Notes under the pieces: generated by a model
Told to the model about the DNA's origin: nothing
The model's database searches: none
Seen by the model: only the letters and a program-made list of their open reading frames with translations
Shown here: piece after piece, positions 1 to 10,500 of the stretch
Position numbering within the stretch: position 1 is the stretch's first letter
How the letters are laid out: each line of letters begins with the position of its first letter
Source of the DNA: Bacillota bacterium
Lineage (GTDB): Bacteria; Bacillota; Clostridia; Christensenellales; UBA1242
NCBI GenBank assembly: GCA_009784185.1
Contig: WRCD01000002.1
Location: 132,935-196,934, forward strand
Direction of reading: 5' to 3'
Length of the DNA stretch: 64,000 nt
Made by a program: the position numbers and the translations under genes

Positions 1-3000
1 TTTGCCACAATCAACAGCGCAACAACGCTCCGCAATATTATTATGGACGCCAGCGGTCTGGATGCGCCGATTGACGCTGCAGGGGTGCAGAATGTTAATT
101 TTGGGCTGATTACGGGAATTAACTATGGCGGAAACATATACAACTGCGAAGTGATAACCGGTAAGAACCAGAGTTCTAGTTATAACGATTTTGTTTCCGG
201 AACCTTTACCAGTTTGGATTACGGCAGAATTGTGCTTAACGAACTGCGCGATAACTATAATGACAACAAAGACAAAGTGTCAACGCTGCAGTCACTCAGG
301 CTTGAAACCAGCAGAGCGGTTGGCGGCAACAATGTGTCGGTAAGCATGGGCGGACTGGTTGGCAGAAACGAGGGCTTTATAACCAACTCGCGGGTTGGCA
401 GAATAGACAACAAGATAGGAAACGCACGCAACCAAATCAGCGCAACGGTTCAGGGTATAAATCTGTTTGGTACGGGCAGGCTGGGCGGGCTGGTTGGTTT
501 AAACCTGGGCACAATAAGCAGCAGCTATTTTGCAAACGGATTGGTGGTTAGTTCCGGCAATACCGGTCAGGGCACACAAACAGCCGGTCTGGTTGGAGAA
601 AACGGTGCAGGTGCCAGAATACTTGGCAGTTATGCGGAAGGCAATATAAACAGCATAATTGTTGGTGATGAGGAAAACATTGATTTCGGACGCGCTGTAA
701 GCGGCGGGGCAAGAAGTTATGGCAGCGTGGGCGGACTGGTCCACACCAACCGCGGATTGATAGAAAACTCGTATTCAAACATGAATTTAATTTCAAGCTC
801 GGGCTCCGGTGGGTTTGTGTTTACAAACCTTGAAGGCGCAAGTATTACAAACTGCTACACGCTTAGCAAAATTGCAAGTTACAGCTTAAACAACGGTGTG
901 TTTACAGGCAGAAACAACGAATTGGACCTGCTGAACCTGGGGCAGATTACAAGCAGTTATTACTTAATCCGGGAAAACTCTAACGTGATAGTAAGTGACC
1001 TTGAGGCTGCGGTTGGAAAAAGCTTAAGCGGCTTTATTGAAGACAATGCAAGTGCGTTTGTAGGTTTTGTGTTTAAAAATGATAATGCCGCGGTAAACGG
1101 TGCGGTATGGCAGAATGTTTCTGCTCCCGATTTTGACGAAAAAGATGTAAGAATCGGGCCGAAACTGATTCAGGCAAACAACATTGCATGGAGCTATCGC
1201 GACAAAGATTACAGCTATGACCCGGCTTGTGAATATGGCAAGGCCTCCAACCCGGTTTTGATACGAAATGCTGTAACATTTAATAATGTATTTAAAATTC
1301 CGGCGCCGGGCAGCCCGGAATCAAGTCCGTATGTATCATTAAGCGGCGGCGAGCATTATATGCGCGAATGGGCACATGTAAGGTTTATATGCAACGTTGA
1401 TTTTACGGCAATTCAGTCGCAAAGCGCACATAGCATAGTAGTTAAGGGGCACATTGACGGCAATGGTATGACTCTTAGCGGCATCAGCCAGATTTTAATT
1501 ACTCAGAGCCAAGAATATGGTCTGTTTAAGCGTATCGATAACGGCGTTGTAACAAATCTTGGTTTAAGCATACGTGAAATTTCCGCCACGCAGACTCAGA
1601 TGGTGGGTGGCCTTGCCGGCAGAATAATTAACTCTTCAGTAACCGAAATAAGAATTACAACTCCTAATGTTGGCGGCAAGGTTTCCGGCGCAAACATGGT
1701 TGGCGGACTGGCAGGACTGGTAGAAGGCAAAAGCCAGATATCAAATGTAACCAGCTCGGTTTGGGTTAATGCAACAAGACAGCCTGCAACGTTAAATGAG
1801 CATTATTATTACAACCCAAGTTTACTTGCTGTGCCTGACCAGTTGTACCCATACTCTTATGCGGGCGGAATTATTGGAGTGCTTGACCTTTATGATGTAA
1901 AAGGTGAAGAGCCAAAATATGATTGGAAAGACCCTAGCGTTAATGGACTGTTGGTGTTTGGAAGCGTTCAGATTGAAGGCGAAAATGTAGGCGGTCTTGT
2001 AGGCACAATTGGCAAATCTTCATGTATTGCCGAGTCCGCATTTTATGTTTCCGAAACATCAAACTCCCAGGCGCTTGCCGGCACAAACTTTGTTGGCGGG
2101 CTTGTTGGTATCAGTCTTGGTGAAATCCACACAAGCTTTATTGGCTTTGAACCAAGCGCACAGCGTGAATGGGATAAAACAATAACCTCTGCCAATGCAA
2201 ACAATATGCTTGGTCCGTTAACCTTGTTTAAAGGAAACAGCGTTGGCATTGGAGGAATAGCGGGTCTTGTGCTTGAAGGGGTTATATCCGACTGTTACTC
2301 AAGGGTAGCTGTTTACAACACTGCCGCAATTGCAGCCGGTGGCATTGCCGGTGTAACTTACATGGAAGCTGCGTTTATAGATGCCGGCAGAAAGGGTGAA
2401 GTTAATATCGGCCTGAGTGTAGACGATGGTCTTTCCGCAGCCGGCAAAAAAACTGCAACACTAAATCAGGTGTACACAACCAGCCCGCTGTATGCAAACA
2501 AATTTGTGGGAGGGCTTGTAGGCTATGTCGGAAACGGCAAAATAGAGCTGAATAAAGCAACTGCCCTAAACAATTACGACAGCCATCTTTACGACCAGGT
2601 TACGCAAGCAGGTGAAATTAGTCTTGGCAGTACGGTTGGGTATGCAAACTTTGCTACGTCGTCTAATGAAAAAGATAACCATGTATTTGTAAACAAATCC
2701 GGCAGCGCGATTGCCTCCGGGTTGTATGTTGTGCCCAAAATCACAAGAAATTTGGTTCCGTTACCCCTTAATGAGGTAGGTAATGCTCCTTCGTTCCTGC
2801 CCCAAGGCAAAAGCGAGTTTATAGGCGGTGCAGGGCAGGATGCAACTCTGGAAGTTTCGTTTGGTGTTGTTGCAACGGTGCCGGGGCTTACTCCTTATCC
2901 GTTTGACTTTGAGGCAAACTGGAGCTTTGACCAGAGCCTGGTAAATTTAGTGTTTCCGGAGTTGGCTTTTGGTAAGGTGTCAACAGTAAAACTTATTACC

Positions 3001-6000
3001 AATGCAAGCCAGCTTGTAGACGTTGCGCGGGCGCTTACCTCTACGTACCATGTGCTTGCAGATAGCAGCAGTGGCAATGTTATAGAGGTTGACTTGTCCG
3101 ACACAAATTTATTCCCGGACAAAAAATGGACGCCGATTGGTTCGGGGGCCAGCAGCTTTACGGGCTCATTGGTGGGCAGAGACAAAGATAATAACGGCGT
3201 TTTTCCAACTATCAGATTTAAAAATCTCCCCTACGATAGCATCGGAGATGTGTACACCGGGTTTAACGGTTTGTTTGGCAGCATCGGTTCCGGCGCAAAC
3301 ATCAGCAATATAACATTGGAATTTGATGTTGCCAAGCCCCTTAGTGTAATCAGCACCGAGGTCAATGACGTGTTTGGGTTTGTGGCCCAAAAGGCTGTTG
3401 GTGCCAAGTTTAACAATGTTAATGTAAAAGTGCTTAATGAAAAACAGGTACAGCCGACAGGATTGTACGCGTTCGGCGGGCTGGTAGGAGAATCTCAGTC
3501 AAACAACTTTGTAAACTGCGGTGCAAAGTTTAATCTGGAGCGCAGTGGATATGAGGGTTCAGACGGCGATCAAAACAGAAAGAGCTCCATCTACTTTGGC
3601 GGCATATTCGGGCTTGGTAAGGAGGGTGCTAACGACATTAGTTTTACCTCGGGTATCACATATGTAGATATAAATATTGACCTTCAGGTGGCACCCGGTG
3701 CCGAGCACTACCTGTATGTTGGAGGTATAGCGGGCTCTGCCGGTAAAGTAAGAGTTTCCGGAGCAGGCATGAATGTTCCGCATGCCGCTATAAGCGTAGA
3801 TTATCGCATAGATTCGCCAAGAAACATATATGCGGGCGGTGCTTTTGGAAAGGTGGACGGCCAGTACGAAGGATGTGAAAATATTTTTATAAAAAGCGCT
3901 ATGCTGATTGCTAATAGAGCTAACTGCGAAACGGTGTATGCGGGCAGTGTGGCAGGCGAAGCCGCAAATCTGACTCTTTTAAACATTAAAGCAGAGCGGT
4001 TCAAAACGGGCAAAATTAATGTAGGCGACACACAAGCAGTTAAGTCTGCATACGTGGGTGCCGCAATAGGCAGGTATGCAACTGCATCTACATTAACCAC
4101 AGCCGAGAATATTGTAACCGACATAGATATTTTTGTATATACTCATGGCAACACATGGGTGGGCGGAATTTTTGGATTTGTGCAAAACACGGTTAACGGT
4201 CCAAGTAGCAGCACGCCGCAAGCGATTTACAACAAACTGCTCAGCAAGGGGAATATTCAGGTTGCGTGCAATAATATGAATTGGATAGCACGCGTTGGCG
4301 GAATAGCCGGCCAGACCGAAATAAACAATAAGTCCAGTGGTATTATGTTTAGCCAGTGTGCTGCAATGGGAGATGTTACGGTAAGTGGTTATTCGGAGAT
4401 TTATCTTGGCGGATTGTTTGGAGATGCCGGAATTATAATTGCCGACAGCATGGCAGCGGTTGATACAACTGCAGTATTAGGTACGCACGGCAAGCCGCAG
4501 CTGTCTATGGGCGGGCTTGTGGGATTATTAAACAACCATTTAAGAAACAGTTATGCGGTAGGTATAGTAAATCAAGGCACAACCAACCAGGCTAATGTTG
4601 GTGCGTGTATTGGCGCAAGAGGTTCTGTCAGTGATGTAATACAAAATGTTTATTACGCAGATGATTTGAGTTTAACAGCAGACAGACATGACGGACAGAA
4701 CGAAAATAATGGTGTGGTGAATATTTCATTTAAAACCGACTTGCTTGGTAAGCGAATGTATGCAAACGCAATGCTTAGCTGGCAGAATTTTGCCGGCCTA
4801 GACTTTGGACAAATTCAAAACCAGACATGGAAAAGCAAAACATCGAGTGGTGCTCTGGTTTTAACCTACCCATACCTTGCCTGGGCAGAGCAGCACTTAG
4901 GAGCAGACATAGAGACGCGGGGCAAGCTGTATCCCTTTATTGCAGACAAAGTGTTTGATAGTGCTGGGAATAACAATTCCTCTTTGGAAACCATTGCCGG
5001 CAGCTCAAACAATTACAAAGTTGTGCACCTAAACATTACTAATCCGGCAGCGCGCAGAGTGCTTGTAGATGATCTTGACAAAAACCTTGATATTAAAGGA
5101 AACATAAGGCTTATAGCCGGCGTAGGAACAGAGTTTACTGTTTATCATCTTTATGACCCCAACTATACGATTGGCAATAAAGACTTTGGGCTGTTTAAGT
5201 CGGTTTCGGAAAACAGTGCAATCAGCGGAATAACCATGCTGGCAGAAAACGTTAGCCTCTCATATGTGAACACCGAGCTCAACATTGGGCTGCTTGCTGC
5301 AGTCAATGAGGGGATAATCTATGGCTGTAAGGTTGGGGATATTCCGCAAACACCAACCACACAGCTAAGTGAGCAGGAGCCTTACGCCTCTCCGGACAGC
5401 TTCAGCAAGCTGCACCTTGCGTTTGCAAACTCCGGTGCAACAATAAATGCCGGTGCGCTGGTAGGGCAGAATAAGGGCATTGTTGCAAGCAGCTCAAGCT
5501 TTATAGAGTTTGAAATTGAGGTGCCGGAGACACCTGGGTATGGTTTGCACATGGGCGGGCTTGTTGGATTCAGTAACGCGGCGGTGGTAAAAGACTGTTA
5601 CACAAACGGCTCGGTTATGGTGTCACAGCTTTCTGTCAACGATAAGGTTTCGGGCGTAGTGGGCCAAGCTGATGGCGGATACCTGTACAGGCTGTTTGGT
5701 TATGGCGAAGTAACCAGGAAGGGCGGCAGCAACTTTGCAGCTAAAATAAGCTCGGTTGCGTTTGTCAACAGCGATACCACTACCACCGATATGTTATATG
5801 GGAACTTAAACATGTCTGCTCTGTTGGCTCTTAAAGCAAATCACCCAGACGACTCATATGTAAACTATCAAAAATTTGACTGGTATCTGACTGATGCCGG
5901 CAATGTAACGAGCCTGTTAAAGGAAAACTCATCGGCATGGGGAAGTGCCGCCGACAAAAACTACGGGCTGCCGTTTTTGGCTTGCAGTCCGGATAATCTT

Positions 6001-7392
6001 AACACAGGCAATGGAACCCCCACTGCAGCATATCATATCTGGCACGAGGGCTGGTTCTGGATGATGGCAGATTCTAAATATTACGCAAGTTCATTTATGC
6101 TGTCAAACAATATAGATATTTTAGAACCGAATAGCCCGGACATCAGTTTTTACGGAACTTTAGAAGGCAACAGCAAGACCGTAACCCTGACATATTCGCC
6201 GAAAGTGGAATCGAACGTTGCATATTGGGGGCTGTTTAAAACTAATGCGGGCAAGATAAGCAACCTTAATGTAAGGCCGGCAGCAAGCTTTAACCTGAAC
6301 ACATCAGTGACAGCAGGGGTAACCCGGCACGTGTTTGGAGGAATTGCGGCTACATACAGCGGTAATAATGCAAAATTTACGAGCTGTACCTTTACCGCAG
6401 ATGAGATTGATTATAAGCATAACGGGTCGCACGCAACCGCACCAATTGTGTACGGCGGAATTACTGCCCAGGGTGAAATCAATAGTAGCAAAGTAACAAT
6501 ATCCAAGTCATACACAAAGGTTAAGCAGGTTACGCTTGGTGACAACAACGGCGGAAGTGGCGGCAGAGTGCAAGGGATAACCGCAGGAGGCCTGGTTGGA
6601 GTATTGGAAGCCGGAAGTAAAATTACGCAGTGCTTTGCCGAAGACAACATTACCATTGCCCCAACCGGTTCATATTCCGGCGGCGGAGGTAATCCGCTTG
6701 ACTTGGCCACTACTGATGTAAGGGCAGAGCTTGGCGGGCTGGTTGGCAGAACTGCTGCAGCCAATACAGTAATAACAGACAGTTACACCTATGGCGGCAA
6801 ATTGGTTGTAGACAACAGCCATCCGGTTGTGACCGACTTAGGGAGCTACAGTGCAGGTAACTACTACAGAGCAAGGGTGTTTTTGGGTACTATAATCGGA
6901 TACACAAACGTCGAAGTGAGAATAGAAGCCTGCTATAGTTACAACTACCTAAAGATATACAAGCTTTCAAACGAGCAAACAGGTTTGCCCACAAGTCGTC
7001 GAAACCTGTATGTAGGCAATTTCTCATTCTTAACCTTTGGTGGCGGCAATATGGACAATGCTATAGGTTTCTACAGCAATTACTATGCTATTTTTGCACC
7101 GCACGGCGGCGGAGACTCGATAATTGATGCCAGCCACGAGTATGCCACCAACTTAGATTCTGATATCGAAAGGCCTGAGACACTAGAACCGCAGCCGTTC
7201 TTTACCAATTCCAACGTACTCGGCTTGCGCTCCCCCACCATTGGCGGTGGAAGTGATACCGCGGCATTCTATGACTGGTCCGGCAATATTTGGGGCAAGG
7301 TCATCCCCGGCAACTCTATGCCATACCTGATAGGTGTAACTCCGGTAAGTTTGCGTGAAGGGTCAAGGACGGGCGACAATATAAGTTTTTAG
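1..7392 (+). CDS. Giant GLUG-motif repeat surface protein, N-terminus outside the window (>2463 aa)
   Basis: Frame 1 is open from nt 1 (FATINSATTLRNII precedes the first Met at 43). Stop is TAG 7390-7392. Dozens of G-G-[LIF]-[VA]-G turns occur about every 20-25 aa (VGGLVGRNEGFITNSRV...), as in the GLUG motif family (Pfam PF07581, recalled, not searched). About 4 head motifs (...W.PIG..F.G...GNG...). No HExxH or C-terminal LPXTG seen. Confidence 0.8.
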   Translation, partial: FATINSATTLRNIIMDASGLDAPIDAAGVQNVNFGLITGINYGGNIYNCEVITGKNQSSSYNDFVSGTFTSLDYGRIVLNELRDNYNDNKDKVSTLQSLRLETSRAVGGNNVSVSMGGLVGRNEGFITNSRVGRIDNKIGNARNQISATVQGINLFGTGRLGGLVGLNLGTISSSYFANGLVVSSGNTGQGTQTAGLVGENGAGARILGSYAEGNINSIIVGDEENIDFGRAVSGGARSYGSVGGLVHTNRGLIENSYSNMNLISSSGSGGFVFTNLEGASITNCYTLSKIASYSLNNGVFTGRNNELDLLNLGQITSSYYLIRENSNVIVSDLEAAVGKSLSGFIEDNASAFVGFVFKNDNAAVNGAVWQNVSAPDFDEKDVRIGPKLIQANNIAWSYRDKDYSYDPACEYGKASNPVLIRNAVTFNNVFKIPAPGSPESSPYVSLSGGEHYMREWAHVRFICNVDFTAIQSQSAHSIVVKGHIDGNGMTLSGISQILITQSQEYGLFKRIDNGVVTNLGLSIREISATQTQMVGGLAGRIINSSVTEIRITTPNVGGKVSGANMVGGLAGLVEGKSQISNVTSSVWVNATRQPATLNEHYYYNPSLLAVPDQLYPYSYAGGIIGVLDLYDVKGEEPKYDWKDPSVNGLLVFGSVQIEGENVGGLVGTIGKSSCIAESAFYVSETSNSQALAGTNFVGGLVGISLGEIHTSFIGFEPSAQREWDKTITSANANNMLGPLTLFKGNSVGIGGIAGLVLEGVISDCYSRVAVYNTAAIAAGGIAGVTYMEAAFIDAGRKGEVNIGLSVDDGLSAAGKKTATLNQVYTTSPLYANKFVGGLVGYVGNGKIELNKATALNNYDSHLYDQVTQAGEISLGSTVGYANFATSSNEKDNHVFVNKSGSAIASGLYVVPKITRNLVPLPLNEVGNAPSFLPQGKSEFIGGAGQDATLEVSFGVVATVPGLTPYPFDFEANWSFDQSLVNLVFPELAFGKVSTVKLITNASQLVDVARALTSTYHVLADSSSGNVIEVDLSDTNLFPDKKWTPIGSGASSFTGSLVGRDKDNNGVFPTIRFKNLPYDSIGDVYTGFNGLFGSIGSGANISNITLEFDVAKPLSVISTEVNDVFGFVAQKAVGAKFNNVNVKVLNEKQVQPTGLYAFGGLVGESQSNNFVNCGAKFNLERSGYEGSDGDQNRKSSIYFGGIFGLGKEGANDISFTSGITYVDINIDLQVAPGAEHYLYVGGIAGSAGKVRVSGAGMNVPHAAISVDYRIDSPRNIYAGGAFGKVDGQYEGCENIFIKSAMLIANRANCETVYAGSVAGEAANLTLLNIKAERFKTGKINVGDTQAVKSAYVGAAIGRYATASTLTTAENIVTDIDIFVYTHGNTWVGGIFGFVQNTVNGPSSSTPQAIYNKLLSKGNIQVACNNMNWIARVGGIAGQTEINNKSSGIMFSQCAAMGDVTVSGYSEIYLGGLFGDAGIIIADSMAAVDTTAVLGTHGKPQLSMGGLVGLLNNHLRNSYAVGIVNQGTTNQANVGACIGARGSVSDVIQNVYYADDLSLTADRHDGQNENNGVVNISFKTDLLGKRMYANAMLSWQNFAGLDFGQIQNQTWKSKTSSGALVLTYPYLAWAEQHLGADIETRGKLYPFIADKVFDSAGNNNSSLETIAGSSNNYKVVHLNITNPAARRVLVDDLDKNLDIKGNIRLIAGVGTEFTVYHLYDPNYTIGNKDFGLFKSVSENSAISGITMLAENVSLSYVNTELNIGLLAAVNEGIIYGCKVGDIPQTPTTQLSEQEPYASPDSFSKLHLAFANSGATINAGALVGQNKGIVASSSSFIEFEIEVPETPGYGLHMGGLVGFSNAAVVKDCYTNGSVMVSQLSVNDKVSGVVGQADGGYLYRLFGYGEVTRKGGSNFAAKISSVAFVNSDTTTTDMLYGNLNMSALLALKANHPDDSYVNYQKFDWYLTDAGNVTSLLKENSSAWGSAADKNYGLPFLACSPDNLNTGNGTPTAAYHIWHEGWFWMMADSKYYASSFMLSNNIDILEPNSPDISFYGTLEGNSKTVTLTYSPKVESNVAYWGLFKTNAGKISNLNVRPAASFNLNTSVTAGVTRHVFGGIAATYSGNNAKFTSCTFTADEIDYKHNGSHATAPIVYGGITAQGEINSSKVTISKSYTKVKQVTLGDNNGGSGGRVQGITAGGLVGVLEAGSKITQCFAEDNITIAPTGSYSGGGGNPLDLATTDVRAELGGLVGRTAAANTVITDSYTYGGKLVVDNSHPVVTDLGSYSAGNYYRARVFLGTIIGYTNVEVRIEACYSYNYLKIYKLSNEQTGLPTSRRNLYVGNFSFLTFGGGNMDNAIGFYSNYYAIFAPHGGGDSIIDASHEYATNLDSDIERPETLEPQPFFTNSNVLGLRSPTIGGGSDTAAFYDWSGNIWGKVIPGNSMPYLIGVTPVSLREGSRTGDNISF

Positions 7393-7407
7393 TGGCCAGC
7401 AATAATA

Positions 7408-7433
7408 AATCCCCCGTATGGGGGATTTTTGTT
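7408..7433 (+). terminator. Rho-independent terminator of first giant gene
   Basis: AAATCCCCC-GTAT-GGGGGATTTTT: GC-rich hairpin followed by a T run, 16 nt after the stop. Confidence 0.75.
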
Positions 7434-7461
7434 TGACTATTTTTGCAAATTTATGTACTAT
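7433..7461 (+). promoter_or_regulatory. Sigma-70-type promoter of the 5278-aa gene
   Basis: TTGACT (7433-7438), 17-nt spacer, TACTAT (7456-7461). About 87 nt upstream of the TTG start. Confidence 0.5.
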
Positions 7462-7548
7462 TAAAGGTGTGGTAAAATAGTGAAAGAATATAGATTTTTA
7501 AATAAAAAGACGGATAATATTTAAACTAAAGCTAAAGGGGAAAAAAGT

Positions 7549-10500
7549 TTGAAAAAGTTTGCGCTGTACATATGTTTGTGCATACTTAGTTCGGTGCTGG
7601 TGCTTGCCGGCTGCGGCAACCCGCTGGACGGGCTTTCTGTATCTGCGCAAAGCGAAAAGATTTTGATAACCGGCGGTGTAAAAACAATTGCCCTGGAAAT
7701 AAATGCAGACAACGAGAACTTAAAGTCGGCAACCATTACGGCAGACATAACCGGCGGTGCAAGACACCTGTCGCGCCTTGCCAACTTTACCAGCACTCAG
7801 CCCGATAAAGTGGCGGTAACCGATACAACAATCATTGACGGCAAGTCGGTTGCAACCATAACCGCCATTAAGCCTACTGTAGCCGAAGACAGCGTGTTTA
7901 TAAGAGTAACCAGCCGTGATTCATCCCAGATTTTAGACATAGTGCGCGTAACCGTAAAAAAGGATATTGACAACTTCTTTTTAAAAAGCGCCGGCGCGGT
8001 AGGAGTGCCGGTGGGGGAGCCAACGGTTGTTATGCCGGCATCGTATTTTGGGTTCAGTCCTATAGACACCTCCGAAACCGGCTTGTTGTATACAATAGAC
8101 GGACCAGGAGCATCTTATAGCAATCATCCAAGCAGCCAGCCTATAACTTTTTCTTCCCCAGGCGTTCATACGGCTTTTGCTACAAGCGCAGCTAAGCCCG
8201 ATATGAAAATAGTTTTGTTTACAATACGTGCCTACACTAAGCTTACAACATCAAATGTGAGCTTGTCCAGGCTGGACCAGCACCAGCCGGTTATAACCGA
8301 GCTTACATTAACCAAAAACTCCGGCGTTCAGGGTGCCAACTACGCCATTTTACAAATTAACGGCCCTGCCGGAGAAGTACTGGACATATCTGTAACAGAT
8401 TCTGCGGGTGCGTTGGGCAAAAGCCTATGGCATACAATTAATCAGGCAAACCAGACCATAGAGCTGTACGGTACCGGGATTGTATCAACAACCTTAAACA
8501 TCAGCGTTTGTGTTGCGGGAGTAATAAATCCGCAGTTTTTGCCGCTGTCATTACCTGTAAAGGTAATTGACCTGCCTGAAAGCATTGTTTTTAACAGCCC
8601 TCACGACTCACAGCCGGAGATTACGGTTTATACGGTAGCAAATTACCAGTCTTCGGGCACATTTGGTCAGCTGCTTATTCCCGTTCTTACACCAACAAAT
8701 GCCGATGACACAAGGTTTGGAATACGGGTAATAAGCGGAGATACAAGCAGTTTTGTTGTTAGGGCGGGCAATAATGCAGAGACGCCGGTAAACCTTGATA
8801 TAGTTCGGCCGTTTGATTCAAACACTAAGCTTTGGCTGGCACACACCGACCCAAAAACAGGGGAAATTGAGCTGGAGATTTATGCCTTTGCACGTGAAAA
8901 CAATCCGTATAGCAGCAGCCTGACAAGAAGGATAACCGTATTATTAAAGCATGGTGTGCAGACAATTGATGTTACCAGCGGTCTGAATTCGGCCGGAAAT
9001 ACTATTGCGCTTCAGCTTGGCGCCGGTCCGGACAGACAGATAGATTTTACTCCTGTGCCGATAAACGCCGATACCAGAGACATCCGGGTAAGCATAAACG
9101 ACCCTTCAATAGCGGATATTGTAGACAAAGAGATTACATATATAGAATCGTATATAAATACGGGGCCGCTTGCAGGCGAGCTTTATGAAGCCGGCAGGTT
9201 TTTTATCGTTCCTAAAAAAGCCGGTAAAACTTTTATCACGTTCTGGGCAAGCACGGGGCTTTCTAAACGCATTGAGATAGAGGTTGTTGCGGTGCCGGAG
9301 GCAAACGGCATAAAAATATGGCCTGCAGACGGACAGGGGAGTGTTGTTGCAGACACAATACCTAAAACGCTTGCCGAAGGCACGTTGCAGGAAATTCATG
9401 TATCAAGTTCCAGAAACATTCAGCTGCAAAACTTGTTTACGCCTTTCGACTCATCGGTAACCGGCTTTACGTTTACCAATGCGGAAACTGCCGTTGCCAG
9501 TATTTCTAACTCAAGCCCGGCTACTACCTGGATATTTTCGCGCAGTTCAGGCCGCGTGGTGGTTACGCCCACCGTGTATTTTAAAATTGTTGATGAAAAT
9601 TTTGACATAGTTTCGGACAGCCGCATCCTGCCGGATATTACCATTGTGGTATATATGCCGGTAAGCGGTATAGAAACATCTGCAAGACAAGTGCAGTTGT
9701 ATATGGATACGGGCGGAAGAAGCCCCTATACCACCGAGCTGTCGGTTGCCGAGCTTGCTGTATCTGTTTTTCCTAGCGTTGCTACAACCAAAGCTTCCAG
9801 TGCTGTATGGCATTTTAGCGGAAGTCAGAACTATGTAAGGCTGGTAGGTGCGTCAGGGGGAGTTGTTGTAGGTGACAAGGTTAAGATTGAGATTGTACCA
9901 AACGCATCCTTATCCGGTACGTATACGGCAACACTTGTTGTAACAATTAGCGACTACAACCGGGTTTTTGCGCAGGAGATTTCGGTAATTTTGCGTCATT
10001 CAACCCCGGTTTCATATGTGATGGTAGACAACTATCATATGAATGACGGAATATATTTTGAAGAGCGTCAAGGTTTATATCCGGTAAATCAGACCCATAA
10101 TTTTACTATAATTCCTACAATTGTGCCCAGCAGCGCCACAAACCAACAAATTTTTTATCTGGTTTACGATAAGGTCAATGACGTGTGGGAGCGCAAAACA
10201 GGCGCTACTTCAAGTTATATCAGATTAGTTGAGAACCAGAACGGCAGGATGGTAATTTATCCGATTTCGGCAGGCGAGAGCCAGGTTTATGTTGTTGCCG
10301 CCGACCGGCTTTTAAAAAGAGTTGAAGACGTTACCGCCACCAGTTTAACGAATGATATATTAACCAATACCGATGCCCACAGCTGGGTTAGGCTGAACAT
10401 AACAGTAAGCAACGGAAGCAAAGAAAACCCATATAGGATAAACACGGTTCAGGACTTTAAAGACATTAATAAGGCAATGGACAAACATTACGAGCTAAGA